A stretch of DNA of 63,902 nucleotides, filler included, from Stramenopiles sp. TOSAG23-6 (Eukaryota): assembly GCA_900128565.1 (NCBI GenBank). It is 3 parts of 3 records of this genome, joined end to end, with 100 filler letters (N's around TTAATTAATTAA, not from the genome) between each part and the next. Parts side by side here need not be neighbours in the genome. Positions count along the whole stretch, not along the records: positions 24,747 to 49,286 come from LT636003.1; 2 more parts are not named here. One strand, 5' to 3'. The position numbers and the translations under genes are program-made. Positions 36,701-48,696 of this stretch are shown here, one piece after another; the stretch's first letter is position 1, and every line of letters starts with the position of its first letter. A model generated the notes under the pieces. It saw nothing but the letters and a program-made list of their open reading frames with translations. It had not been told where the DNA came from and did not search any database.

Positions 36701-39700
36701 GTAGAGAAATTAACTGCAGTGTTGGTGGATGGCAACGCGCACTTGGTACATGAGTTAATAGTGAATGATAATATTTTGGAGACGACTACTTCAGTTGCTT
36801 TACAATATTATGGAAGCAAGTGGTCACAAACTGTCGGCCCTGGTAGTGGTGCAGGTTTCATTTTGGGAGAGCAAAATTCTTCACTTGGAGAGCGAATCAT
36901 CAGACGCGCAGCTCATATGTTAAAGCAGTTGTTTAACTCCATGCAGCAAGACACTACTTGCGTGTCGCCTTTAGCTCCTCATGTTGGCCGAATGCTACAT
37001 TGTGCAATCCTTCTTTTTACTGGAGATCTCAGGATCGGGACATTTCATAGTGGAGAAACTTCTCTTTTATGGGATCCGTTTATCGTTGAATGTGTTCGAC
37101 CTGTGATGGAAGACATAATAACTTCGGAGGGTAGTGGGAATAATTCTCTGAAGCCTCTTTGTGACTTGATTACAATGTCATCTATGGATCGGCCTTGGAT
37201 AAAATCAAAACTTTTACTAAAAGAAAACTTGGGAGGTATAAGTGAGACTAGCAACTTAATGTTTCGACAGGATTATTTAGGAAGACTTTTACTACTATCT
37301 TCACTTCTTTCACAAGCAACTAGTTTAGATGTCGATTCACGGAGTCGAACATCTGCTATAACACGTATCACTCAAATGCTAACAGAAAGTTTTACAGCAG
37401 TGAGTAATACAAACACGCTTGGTAACAAAAACAAAACAAAAAATGCTTCTAAAAGAGAAGAATTTCGATGCAAAACTTCATCCGGATTTGCAAATGGTGG
37501 TAGTGTTGCTCTCTTGTTTGTACAAACAAAAGTTACTCATAAGTTGCTACCGCTAATGAATATTCAAGATTCTCAATGTAGACGGCAACTCTTTTTGTTA
37601 ATGAAATGTGCCACAACTCCTACAATACGTTCATTTTGTACACCAGAACAATCTCATCCCTGGGATATATTAGCCGATGAGTTTTGTACTCGGTCTTATC
37701 TCACATGTATTTATACCCGCTTGGCAAGCAATGAAGCAGAAAGTGTTCAAAATACTCGTTTATTATGGAAAATACTTGACAACATGGCCACTCGAGGAGG
37801 AAGATATACTCGCTTTTGGCAGAATTCTGGAATTTTACAATTATTGGTACAATCTCTACATCCTCAGCCACGAGAAATGTCTCAGGTGAGTAAGGTTGTG
37901 GTACCACTCGCTGAAGGTGTTCTACGAAATATCAAACGAAATGAATCTCCGACATTTTTGAAGAATTTTTCATTGTTTTTCACAGAATATCTTCAAAACG
38001 AGGATACATGTACAAAAAAAGAGGATAGTAGTGAATCTGAAAAATATCTTGTAAGTATACCTGATTGTTGTTCGAGTATAGCCGAAATTGAAAAGTATTT
38101 GAAAGATATTCATTTCAATGGGGGAACAATTGAAGAGATTCTTCGAGTGTCGACTGACCTATCTTTTGTTTTATTGAGCTGGGTAGAAAACCCCAAAATT
38201 CATGGAGGTTCTGATGAGATGGTTTTACTTGAGCAAATTTTTTGTATTTTTCGTTCAAAGTTTGATCAATACTGGGAAGATATTGAAAATAGTACAAACG
38301 AAAATCATATTAATTTATCAACACAACTTATTGATAGTATTCTAAATTTATTATTTCAACTACAGTCTTGGGATAAGCAAGCCAATAAAGAACTTAATCC
38401 AAGTAATAGAAATGATAGAAACATGAATAAACGTCGAAACTTGGCTGATGTAGCATTTGTTGGTGCTGGATTCTCATCTTCTTTGTCAAAAAAAATAAAA
38501 CATGGATTAGAAAGTTCAATGTGGATGTCACTACTGCCAATTCATGCAAAAATTACTACTCTAGTCTCAGTTGCATTACGCAATAACTCAGAGGATATGA
38601 TACAATCTTTTGTACATTCCGATTTAGCTGGGCATTTTACAGGAGCCCTTCTTGCAATTCACAGACTATTGGACGGTTCTTCAAAAAAAACACATAAATA
38701 TGATCTCCAAGGTTATCCGATTTTGTCCGCGACAACGACAGCTCTTGTAGATTTATGGTCAGGAATCCTGCATGCTGGAAATATATCTGTTCCTTCAGGA
38801 GAATTATTAGGAAACAGAATCGTTGAGTGTGGTGCTGTTTCTATTATTATAGATGATATGCTTCCTGACCTACGGTCATATTTACTTCATTCAGATGAAC
38901 CAATGTTAAATCCAAAGTTAAGGAATAAAAACAAAGGAAAGAAGAAAAATCGAAGTGCTTGGAAAAAAGGCGCGCGGAACAAATATAGTCCAGTCGCAAT
39001 TCAAAGTAAATCTGCTTCAAATCCAAGTACTTCCGTATGTTTTCTTGATTCTCCATCACCGGCTGCTTTTCCTATTAGAAGCTTTTCGTTACAACTTATT
39101 GAAGAGATCGCAACAACAGTAGCAACAGGAGGTCGACGCCCACCACTTGCTGTTGCACCTGTAGTAAAATCTCTTGTCGCACATCTGCACCATGGTGATG
39201 TAATAATTGTTGAATGCGAGCGTCTCACCCAACTTGCTGCTGAGAAAAAGGCTCAAGAAAATACAGGAAATCTTGAAGATACTACAAAATCTGATTGTTT
39301 GGAAATGTCCGTAGCAAGGTTTTTACAAGCGATTATATCAACCGGTGATCAAAGTATAGAATCAAAGCTGTTATCAAATGGAATTGATGCACCCATTGAA
39401 GCTTTTGATTTGAATATATGTTTTCCTGGTCATTTAACTCTAGTTGAAAATGCATGGCGCCAATGGATTCGCATTAAAAGGGTCTCATTTGACTTGGTCC
39501 CTTTAAAAGATTATAAACACAACCAGTCTCCAAATACATCTATTGAATATACAAAATCAAGTTATTCACCAAAAATAGAAAATAATATCAAAAATATTAT
39601 TGAAAATGACCTTGAAAATAATCTTGAACATAATGTAGAAAAACTGCAAACACTACATTATCCTGGGATGGATCCATTACCTGAAAATAATAATGACAAT

Positions 39701-40603
39701 AAAACTGATTTCGAAAAAGAGACTGAAGCTCAGAAACGACGACTAAATATAACTTCATCTCATACCAATGAAAAAATGGATTCTCCAGAGATTAAAATTG
39801 TCAAGGATACTACTTCTGAAAGTAATGATGCCGATATCAAGATAAACATCAATGATACAATTGATGAAAACAAATCTAAGAATATAAAGAATGAAGTTTC
39901 TCGGATGGAAGATTTTCTATCAGAGTTAGGTGATGATATCATTGGAGTTAAGGAAGTATTTGATGCCCAAGTAGAGTCTTTTGGCAGCAAAAACCAGCGA
40001 ATATTATGGTCCTCCGTTCCAGCTGTTTTGAGAAAATTACAAAAAATACCAGATGTGGATACAATGAAGAAGGTAAAGAGTGCAAGTTCAGACACCATTA
40101 ATTTGTATAATGCTAGGGAGAAGAGTACAAAAAAGAAATACAAAATTAAAGATAACACAGAGTTATCTATTGACTTTTATCAATTTTTAGAAATTTTAGC
40201 AAAAAGTGAAAGTATTGGGGATTATTCAGAAAAAGTTAGAATATCAGAGTTAAAGGCCGATGAACGGGCAATTCCTAAGAAAACACAGAAATTTAAAAGT
40301 GTAACATCCAATAAATTTGAAGGCGGAGTTGGTACAACAGGAGGTGGGCGATTTGGCCAAGATGAGGATGATGAGATTGAAATGGATGCATATGATATAG
40401 ACATTATTCAAATTGATCGGAAAAGCCAAAAGAAAAAGCGAAGAAAACGCAAGTCAATTGAAGAAGGTAAAAATGCAGATGGATCATCATCTAATTCATC
40501 ATCTAATTCGGATTCAAGTGACAGTGGAGAAAATTATAAAAATGGACGGAAACACAGTTCAAGAAAATTAAAATCTAAAGGTAGAAATACTGATGTAAAA
40601 TAA
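24747..40603 (+). CDS. Giant (>5,270 aa, 5'-truncated) multidomain protein: Tudor/Agenet-like repeats, RS region, ~4 PUB-like domains, EF-hands, WD40, AP2 domain, pseudokinase-like region
   Basis: One uninterrupted ORF. GDKVEA...YFKGKI...DGTYDVAYDDGE repeats; YINNILKQP...GGIALMNAIGF; DLNNDGIISQDD; GHTAAITAIAF...SASYDGSVRLWD; SRFIGVSW...EIEAARAYDDAA...TNF; CLQQDWKNRPSIKTLLSHPFF. Confidence 0.85.
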
Positions 40604-41275
40604 TTTCGAAATGATATGAGAATCTTTGAGGCATTAATATAGTATAAGAAATTGAAAAATTAATAAATTTTGGATTTCATCATTTATATTCTTTTTAGTT
40701 TTTAATATATTTTGTATCGTGAACATAAAAAACATATTAAAATTTGTACTGTTACCCGGTACCCACAATGAAAAAAATAACTCATAATAATAATTGTATC
40801 GGTGGAGAATTGAACCCAGTACAAAAAGTACAAAAAGTACAAAAATATTAAGAATGAAAAACATGACATTGTTAAAGGTTTACTCAAAGAAAGATAGAAT
40901 CGAACTATTATCCAATTAACGATTTAAAAAAATAACGCGTTGAAGATAGAATCGAACTATTACCCAGTTAAGGATCCACAGCTTTGAAGGCTGCGCCAAG
41001 AACCATCTTGGATCATCATCGCCTCGCCAACACCGAAGAATGAGACTGTTATACGAACAGTGTACCTCAAACATGTGTGTGGTAGATCAACGGCAATAGC
41101 TCAATGTTTAACTACTGAGCCACGCAGAAAATCAGAATTATAAAAAAATGATTTTACATGAATTTTTCTTTTTGTGTACGAGGTACCGGGTAATGACTAT
41201 ATCCGTTGAAATGGCCGACCGTTTTTGCCGTTGTACTCTAGGTACCAAACTAGACTGGAAGGAATATTTTCAACA

Positions 41276-42762
41276 ATGCGTGTTATCTGGAATGCTCTAC
41301 CAATTTTAGCAGTCCTTGCAATTACCAATGGAGAGGAAGATGTTACCAATAGCCAAGAAGATGGTACTCTTCAACTCGAAGTAAAAGATATTGGTACTCT
41401 CACAGTTCCTGCTAATGTTGAGCCAGCTAATGCAGTTGAAAACTTTGCAGCTCAGGTAAGTTGTATTTTTCTTTAATATTTCCAACTTTTATTATATTTT
41501 ATGTTTCGTTATCTTATATGTAGTAAACCCACAACGTATAACTCTATATTACAGGCAACGGAATCAGGAATAGGTATGAACCTTGAAGCAATGGAGCAAA
41601 TGCTGGACTATTTCTGCAGTAAACGCAGTTGCACCCGTAAGTTAGCTGGGCGACTTGAACTTACAATTGATGGTGTCGGCCGAGTTGTATGCGAAGCATG
41701 GGAGGAACCAGCAACAGTGGTTGAGAAATTTTCTGGAAAAGCATCAGCAGCTGGTCATGGCATCACAGAGCAAGCAATGAATCAAATGATGGACTTTTTC
41801 TGCCAACGAAAGTCATGTAATCGAAAGGTGACAGGTCCTTTAAAACTAACAGTCAAAGGTTTGGGCAGTGTTGAATGTCAACCTTGGCAAGATCCTGCAG
41901 ACGCAGTGGAGCAATTTGCTGGTGCTGCAGTTGCGGCTGGTTTACCAATATCTCAGGAAGGTATGGAAGATATGTTGCTTTGGTTTTGTCAGCGAAGAAA
42001 ATGTTCACGTCGTCTGTCTGGGCCATTGTCACTAGAAGTGAAAGATGTCGGAATTGTAAAGGTACAAGCTTGGGAAGATCCAATGACAGTTATTGAAGAA
42101 TTTGCAACCAGAGCCGTAGAAGCAGGTCATGGTATAAACGATGAAACTCTGCATAAAATGAAAGACTTTTTTTGTACACGAAAGCAGTGCATGCGGGAAG
42201 TTAATCCAAGGTTGGAGTTGAATGTTAAAGACGTTGGTAAACTTATTGTTGCTCCTTGGCAACAACCAGCAGCGATGATAGAAGACTTCGCCGCACAAGC
42301 CGTTGCTGCTGGACATCCTATGTCGGAAGAAGCGATGTCACAAATGTATGAATATTTTTGTACTAAACGTCACTGCAACCGGGAATTATCAAAAAAGATG
42401 AGCTTGGAATTAAAAGATGTTGGCACGTACGTTTTTAAAATTGTTTTTTTTTTCGTAAGAAATTCCGTACCTAATGATTTTTTTTTAAATTNTTTTTTTT
42501 TTTTTTTTTTTTTTGAAGTAAATTTTGTACCTAATTAAAAATATCAAATGTAAAATATTTTTTCTTATACATTCTTGTGGTACTTCCATGGCAAGATCCT
42601 GCAGACTCCATCGAAGATTTTACATCTCAGGCCACCAATGCAGGACACAAGGTAGGTCCAACAGAAATGAGGAAAATGATGGAATATTTTTGTGCAAGGA
42701 GAAGTTGCCAACGATTGAGTCTCAATGCTCCACAAGCAGCAGCATTACATAAAGAATTATGA
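41276..42762 (+). CDS. Signal-peptide protein built from six ~62-aa CxxxxC repeats, ending in HKEL; exons 41276-41455, 41555-42426, 42573-42762
   Basis: Repeat LxLxVKDVGxLxVxPWQxPAxxVExF...AGH...MxxMMxxFCxRKxCxR. Canonical GT-AG intron 41456-41554 plus introner 42427-42572. Confidence 0.8.
42427..42572 (+). mobile_element. Introner-like intron, GT...AT, with a duplicated GTACCTAA block
   Basis: ggc ac|GTACGT...AAATATTTTTTCTTATACAT|t ctt gtg restores KDVGTLVVLPWQDP, matching the sister repeats. Confidence 0.85.
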
Positions 42763-42901
42763 TCTTATGTAGAGTTATGCTTAGAAGGTATTTTCTTTTA
42801 TTATTATACAGTACTATAGTCGAATCAAAGATGAAAATCTAATTTATAATTTTGAATTATGATAAAAATAAAATAGTTGATACAAATTGATTATAAAATA
42901 T

Positions 42902-45178
42902 TTACGACCAGACAGTCTTTTTCGAAAGCAAGCGCCACTTCTTTCGCTGATCTCTTATTAAGAACTCTACAGATTTTAGTAGTATTTTTGCATCTAGGAA
43001 GCAAACATCAGATCCATAAACAACGGCTTGAACAGCTAACATTAACTTGTCAACTTCACGACCTGAAAATTTGTCCATTTGCTTTGCCACTTTTTCAATA
43101 ACTTTATCTGTTATATCATCTGAAACTTCAATTTTGGCATCTCCATTCAAACCAATTTTTGCCCACATACGATTGATAAATGTATCTCTTTTCTTGTGTT
43201 GTAGTATATACTTATCAAAATACAGTTTTGTAAGTTTTATTCTTCCTTGCAGATCAGGAAGAGTATATTCTAAGGCTTCGTCTAAACGATCAGCTACAGC
43301 CATATCGAGATCACCTGGCCTATTTGTCGCAAGGACCATCATAAAATCTTTTTGTGGTGTACCCGTGTGATATAAAATAGCAGACACTGCATTACGAAGA
43401 GTTTCTGAAAGAACATTATTACGAGATCCAAGGAAAGCTTCAGCTTCATCAATAAATAAAAGTAAGCCTCTTTTGGAACTTCGTGCCCAATCCATTACCT
43501 TATGCAATTCAGTGACCGCTTGCTCACCCAATGGAGCTACATCTCCACCAGACATAATTGCATAATCAAGACCAGCTCTATGCGCTAGCTGACGAGCGGT
43601 CATTGTTTTTCCTGTTCCAGGTGGACCATGGATTATGAAAAATATTTCAAACATTAAAATCGTTAGGTACAAAATTTCGTACGAAAAAAAGTAATTCGAA
43701 ATTGAAATGAAAACGTACATAAAAGAGGAAGTGTCGCATTGGTGCACCATGCCTTCGCGCATTACCGATTGATAATGCCATACGTCGGAGACGAATATCT
43801 AATTCATTGGGTAAAATAATACCTTTAAAAGCATCGGGCTCTTTAATACCTCGAAATCGTCGATACATTTTCATTATTGATTGTTTTGTACGGTTAAATA
43901 AAGAAAAATGATGATTATCTTTAGAGCTTTCACGTAACAAATCTGGTCGCTTCAATCGTCTTGCTACTTCTGCTGCCATCACCTTTGCAAATTCTTTACT
44001 TACAAACAGCATTAGACCTGAAACTCCAAGGAATAGACCTGTCGTAATTAGCTGTTGTGGAGAGGATAAGAAATGTGCTATACCTTCTCCAAGTAAACGA
44101 AATCCAGTCTTGATTGCAGCAATAAGTTTCTGACGATCATGAATAGCCTGCTTTGCCTGCATGTATCGTGAAAAATATTTGTAGTAAAAAAAATCGTTAG
44201 GTACAAAATTTTCATAGTAAAAAATAAAATGAAATGAATGATGAGAACGTACATTCGTTTGGCAATATCTTCGTTTTCTCTTTCTTGACGAATTTTTGAT
44301 TCGCCTTCTATCTGCGCTGCTTCTACAGTTGCTTCTGCCTGTAACTGTGCACGTCGCATCGCCGCCTCCGCTTTCATCTCTTCCAAGTCTCGTTCATTTT
44401 GCATTCGATATGTCTCTTGAACACGAGACGCTTCAGATTGAAGAGAAACGAGCTCTTCATTACGTTCGCGAGCCATTGAATTTTCTACCTTATTTCGCTC
44501 ACGAGATAACCGATCATCATATTCAACATTAGCTGCCTCCTGTTTGGCTTTGAATTCAAGACTTTTCCGATCCTGATCACCCTTGGTGCGTTCTTTTTCA
44601 ACCCAAAGTTCGGCTAACCGTACCTCTGCTTCCTTTAATTTTCGTTTATTCACTAATTCCAACTCTGCTTCTTTCAATAATCGAAGTTGTACAAGTCCTA
44701 ACTCATCTTGGAGACTTCCTAATTCAGATGTGATATTATGATTGAATCCAGTGAAGTATTCAAATTCACTAATTAGCTGTTGTGTCGCAGCGATGTTAGT
44801 CCAAAACAAATTTGTTGGATTAATCATATGAAAGTTTTCTACTTCCATTTTCTTTTCTTCATCTTTCAAATGAACATTTATTGAAGGCATCACTGTCACT
44901 GCATCTGGTAAAACAGCTAATAATTCCTGTGCAAACACTCCAACATGTCTTCTATTTTTAAATCGAGCACTCTCAAATTGTGAAGAGACATATTCAAACT
45001 CTTTTAGGCTCAACCTTTTTAAGAGTCGCATAGAGTCAAGTGTATCTACCGGCATGACATTTTTCTTAACGCGCTTATCGGAGGCAATAGCGTGGAAAGC
45101 GTATACATCTATTGGACAAAGAAGAAATATATATACGAAAATGCATATCAAAATGCAGGTTCTAACCAATATGCTCAT
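42902..45178 (-). CDS. ATAD3: ATAD3-like AAA+ ATPase with an N-terminal hydrophobic leader and a peptidase S74/ICA domain; exons 45178-44253, 44160-43719, 43627-42902
   Basis: RHFLFY|GPPGTGKT, GLDYAIMSGGDVAPLG, LLFIDEAEAFL, VLATNRPGDLD, FSGRE, PDLLRESS and RENEDI match ATAD3. SDKRVKKN...GVFAQEL..VLPDAV matches the ICA domain. Confidence 0.88.
43628..43718 (-). mobile_element. Introner-like intron, GT...AT, immediately before the Walker A motif
   Basis: ttt tat|GTACGT...TTCGTACGAA...TACCTAAC...ATAATCCAT|ggt cca cct gga. Confidence 0.9.
44161..44252 (-). mobile_element. Introner-like intron, GT...AT
   Basis: cga at|GTACGT...GTACCTAAC...CACGATACAT|g cag. The nearby AGs are in the wrong phase. 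Confidence 0.88.
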
Positions 45179-45486
45179 GTCTCAAATGGATTAATTCTAG
45201 ACTGGTAGATGAATGTAAGTAGCTTCGAATAAGTACATACTTTTCATGGACAAAAGTAGTGTCCGTTGCTTGAAACCGTCGACCGTTATCTTAGTATGAA
45301 AAATTCGTACCAAACTGGCAAACGCAAATTTGCTATTGTCATACTTGTTTAACAGTTGAGAGCTTCGTGTGATAAGCTCGCTAGTCTTGAACAAATTTCA
45401 ATTATAATTGTGCTTAAATGTATGTATCATATGTGTCATATGTGATACGGATTACTGGTTAAAGTGTAGTATACTTTTTGTTCCTC

Positions 45487-48400
45487 ATGCCTAGTGTAGA
45501 CGAAAAAGAAGTTCCCACTTTCGGAGAGAAAATTTCTTCTTCTGAAGAAATTACATCAAGTGAGGAGAAATATAGTACTGAGACAAGTAGTCATTCAAAA
45601 ACACATCGTTCTGAAAACTCGGATCCCGAAGAATGGTCAGATCACTCCAGTGTAGCGACATACTTTGATCTCATTGATAGATTACTTTCAAATGATGCTT
45701 CACTCGTAGACATCGATTTGGGTCAGGCAAAGCTGGGTGATAAGGGGGCAACAACAATTTCAGAAGTTTTAAAGACAAATACCAAAATCCAATCGTTAGA
45801 CTTGACGTTCAATAATATAGAAAGTAAAGGTGCAGCAGCAATTTCAGAAGCATTTGGCTGGATAGAAGGTTGTGATAGATACCATAGGGAAAACGGTGGA
45901 GATATACCTTCAATTGAAGAGGAAGAAGTTACAGATGAAGATGAGGACAAAGATAAAGAAGATGAAGAACAACTAGAAGAATCCGAGAAAAAACACGATG
46001 AAGATGTGGACAAAGATAAAGATCCCATTACAAAAATAGAATATAGAATTGAAGGGAATAATAATAATACCATAGCTAAAGTAGAGGGTGATGATGAAAA
46101 AGAATGCGTTCCAGATTTTGTACCTCATCCTATGAAAGCTTGCTCATCTTCACTGCTAGCTATTGACTTGTCTGAAAATCCTATAGGTCCACACACTTCC
46201 GCTGAATTTTTAAGAGCTGCTGTGGTTTCTTTAGAAGAGATTAGAGCAGTAGGTATTGGAGCTGGCTGGTTAGGTGCTTTTGGCGTGGCTCATGGTTTAG
46301 AAGAAGTCGAGACTTGCCCATTACGTTGCTTAGATCTTTCACATAATAATATAGAAGACAAAGGAGCCGTGCGACTTGCACAGGCATTAAAACACACGGT
46401 TAAAAGAGAGTCTGCGTTTGATAATACAGGCCCGGTCGCTAAGCTTCGCGCACTATTCTTGAATAATAATGGTATCGGACCGACAGGAGTATCCGCATTG
46501 TGCGATGCACTTCGTTTTCATAAACATATTGAAGTATTGCAACTAAGGTTTAATCGAATAAGAGTAGATGGCGCTGCAAAGGTTTCCTCATTTATACGGT
46601 ATAACAAAACAATTACTCATCTGGACTTACGTTCATGTGCCCTAGGTGATAAAGGCTCGAAAAGATTAGGAAGTGCTCTAGAGTCGTCACAAGGTATTAG
46701 ATCCCTATGGCTTGCAGGAAACCAAATAGGTGAAAAGGGAGGGAAATATATATTTCTAGGACTACAACACAACAAGACGATTACTGAATTGGACTTACAT
46801 AGTAATTTCATCAACGATGAAGCTACAAAAGCATTATGTGGCACACTCGAAGAAAATGTGACTCTTCAAATGTTAAATTTGCGTGACAACAAAGTAAATT
46901 GCGCAGGTGCATCCAATATTGCAAAAGGATTGTCAAAAAATGGAACGTTACAATATTTGGATTTATCACGTAATACAGTTGCAAATGTTGGGGCTTGTGA
47001 CCTTGCATTCGCATTGAGTGCTTCAATGTCTATGAGGAAGCTTGATATAAGCGACAATGCAATAGGTGCCAAAGGTGGATCTGCGTTAGAGGCTTGTAGA
47101 TCATCAAGTTTAGAAAAACGGATGGAGCAGCACAACCAGCTCCAGAGAGAGCGTCTCGAAGAAATAAAAAGAATCAAAGAGAAGCAAGCAAAACGTAAAA
47201 AAAAGCATCTCCAAAAAATAGCAAAACAAAAGGCACAACGAAGAGCTAAAGTATTTGCTGATGCTGTTTCAAATGGAAAAATCAAGATGTATTCATTTAG
47301 CGATGATGACTTGAGTGACGTTTCGAATTCAGTTGATGAAAGCAAGATCTTAAACGGACAAGATAGCAATGAAACCAGAATTATCCGCATTGACTACTTG
47401 AATGAAGCGAAGACTGAAGATGATGAAATGATAAGCTCTGAGAGCGATACACAAGTTCAGGAAGAAGAAATACGGTTGCATATACTATCAAATGCAGTGG
47501 AACCTCCACCAATTTTAGAAATTGAGATGGGCAATGAACGTTTACTCACTGGCAACCCAGGATTTCTTCATGTATCACCAAAAGAACCCGATATATACAC
47601 AGAATTAGAAATTCAATGTATGCACCAATATACTAGACGAAAGAGGCCAACAGTAACACCGCGCATGAAACATCGAGCTCAAACTACAATAATTAGGAAG
47701 CACAAAAAGCATAAATATCGGCAAAGATCAAAAACAACACATCAGAGACAGACTGTGAAAGATCGTCTCAAAACGGTTGACTTTAAGTGGGATGATAATA
47801 TACCATCAAGGCCATCCACTAATCACACAAGGCTGTATACAAGTCAATCAAGACCTTATACGAGCATTACAAGACCACATACACATCACTCTAGGGCATA
47901 TACAGATGTTTTAAGACCTCACACAAGTATTTCAAGAGCACACACAAACTATTCAATATACACGAGACCCTATACGAGTAATACGAGGCCTTATACTAGC
48001 CGAACTGACATAAGTGCGGTGAGTTTTACTGACTCACTCACTGATTATTTCCAACGAGATACACATACCAAGGAGCGAGACACACGAAAGTTGCGTAGTC
48101 TATCGAGGTATTCGTCATTATATGGAGATACCACAAGAGCATCGACAACTTCAACAAAGAGTACCTGGATGAAATCCAGTGTTAAAAGACGCGAAAATCT
48201 TTTGGATATGTCCCCTCGGCCATACAGTAGACAACGTGGTATCATTGGTACTCCACTGTATTCTAAAAATCAGCATGGTCGACCTACATCCGAGAAAGGT
48301 GTTTTACATGTATATAATCGACCCAAGACAATACGCCGACATACAAAGAGTACAAGTACACATCTCTGGATGGAAACTACAAACGCCTCTACAAAACATA

Positions 48401-48597
48401 GTTTATATGAGGCAAAAGAACAGGCAGAGGCCGATAGACTTGCTTTGATAGAAGAAAAAAAGGCAGAGAGAGAAGCAAAGAAGAAAAAACGGGAAGAGGA
48501 AATGAAAGCATTACTAGAACGTGGATCTAGAAGTACTACTACATCATCCGTAACAATATCTTCCCGTTCAAGCACAAGAGGAGTATCTAATGAGTAA
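45487..48597 (+). CDS. Ribonuclease-inhibitor-type (NLRC3-like) LRR protein with a coiled coil and an RPxT-repeat tail
   Basis: Many 28-aa LxxLxLxxNxIGxxG repeats; SRPYTS/TRPHT repeats. Confidence 0.85.
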   Translation: MPSVDEKEVPTFGEKISSSEEITSSEEKYSTETSSHSKTHRSENSDPEEWSDHSSVATYFDLIDRLLSNDASLVDIDLGQAKLGDKGATTISEVLKTNTKIQSLDLTFNNIESKGAAAISEAFGWIEGCDRYHRENGGDIPSIEEEEVTDEDEDKDKEDEEQLEESEKKHDEDVDKDKDPITKIEYRIEGNNNNTIAKVEGDDEKECVPDFVPHPMKACSSSLLAIDLSENPIGPHTSAEFLRAAVVSLEEIRAVGIGAGWLGAFGVAHGLEEVETCPLRCLDLSHNNIEDKGAVRLAQALKHTVKRESAFDNTGPVAKLRALFLNNNGIGPTGVSALCDALRFHKHIEVLQLRFNRIRVDGAAKVSSFIRYNKTITHLDLRSCALGDKGSKRLGSALESSQGIRSLWLAGNQIGEKGGKYIFLGLQHNKTITELDLHSNFINDEATKALCGTLEENVTLQMLNLRDNKVNCAGASNIAKGLSKNGTLQYLDLSRNTVANVGACDLAFALSASMSMRKLDISDNAIGAKGGSALEACRSSSLEKRMEQHNQLQRERLEEIKRIKEKQAKRKKKHLQKIAKQKAQRRAKVFADAVSNGKIKMYSFSDDDLSDVSNSVDESKILNGQDSNETRIIRIDYLNEAKTEDDEMISSESDTQVQEEEIRLHILSNAVEPPPILEIEMGNERLLTGNPGFLHVSPKEPDIYTELEIQCMHQYTRRKRPTVTPRMKHRAQTTIIRKHKKHKYRQRSKTTHQRQTVKDRLKTVDFKWDDNIPSRPSTNHTRLYTSQSRPYTSITRPHTHHSRAYTDVLRPHTSISRAHTNYSIYTRPYTSNTRPYTSRTDISAVSFTDSLTDYFQRDTHTKERDTRKLRSLSRYSSLYGDTTRASTTSTKSTWMKSSVKRRENLLDMSPRPYSRQRGIIGTPLYSKNQHGRPTSEKGVLHVYNRPKTIRRHTKSTSTHLWMETTNASTKHSLYEAKEQAEADRLALIEEKKAEREAKKKKREEEMKALLERGSRSTTTSSVTISSRSSTRGVSNE

Positions 48598-48696
48598 CTT
48601 AAAATATGTACAAAAAATGCTCTTTATAGTTACATGTAGATAGAGCAATCATGAATTATAATAATAATCATGTTTTGTCATTCAAAATGTTATTAG

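Noticed and set aside
25155-40404. Many short alternative-frame and antisense ORFs in the ORF track
   Set aside because: Shadows of long real ORFs, with no independent coding signal.
14474-44252. U12-type AT-AC interpretation of the family
   Set aside because: No ATATCCT donor, and the shifted termini are not conserved (AC start at 42425, CC end at 43630), whereas the GT start and final T are invariant.
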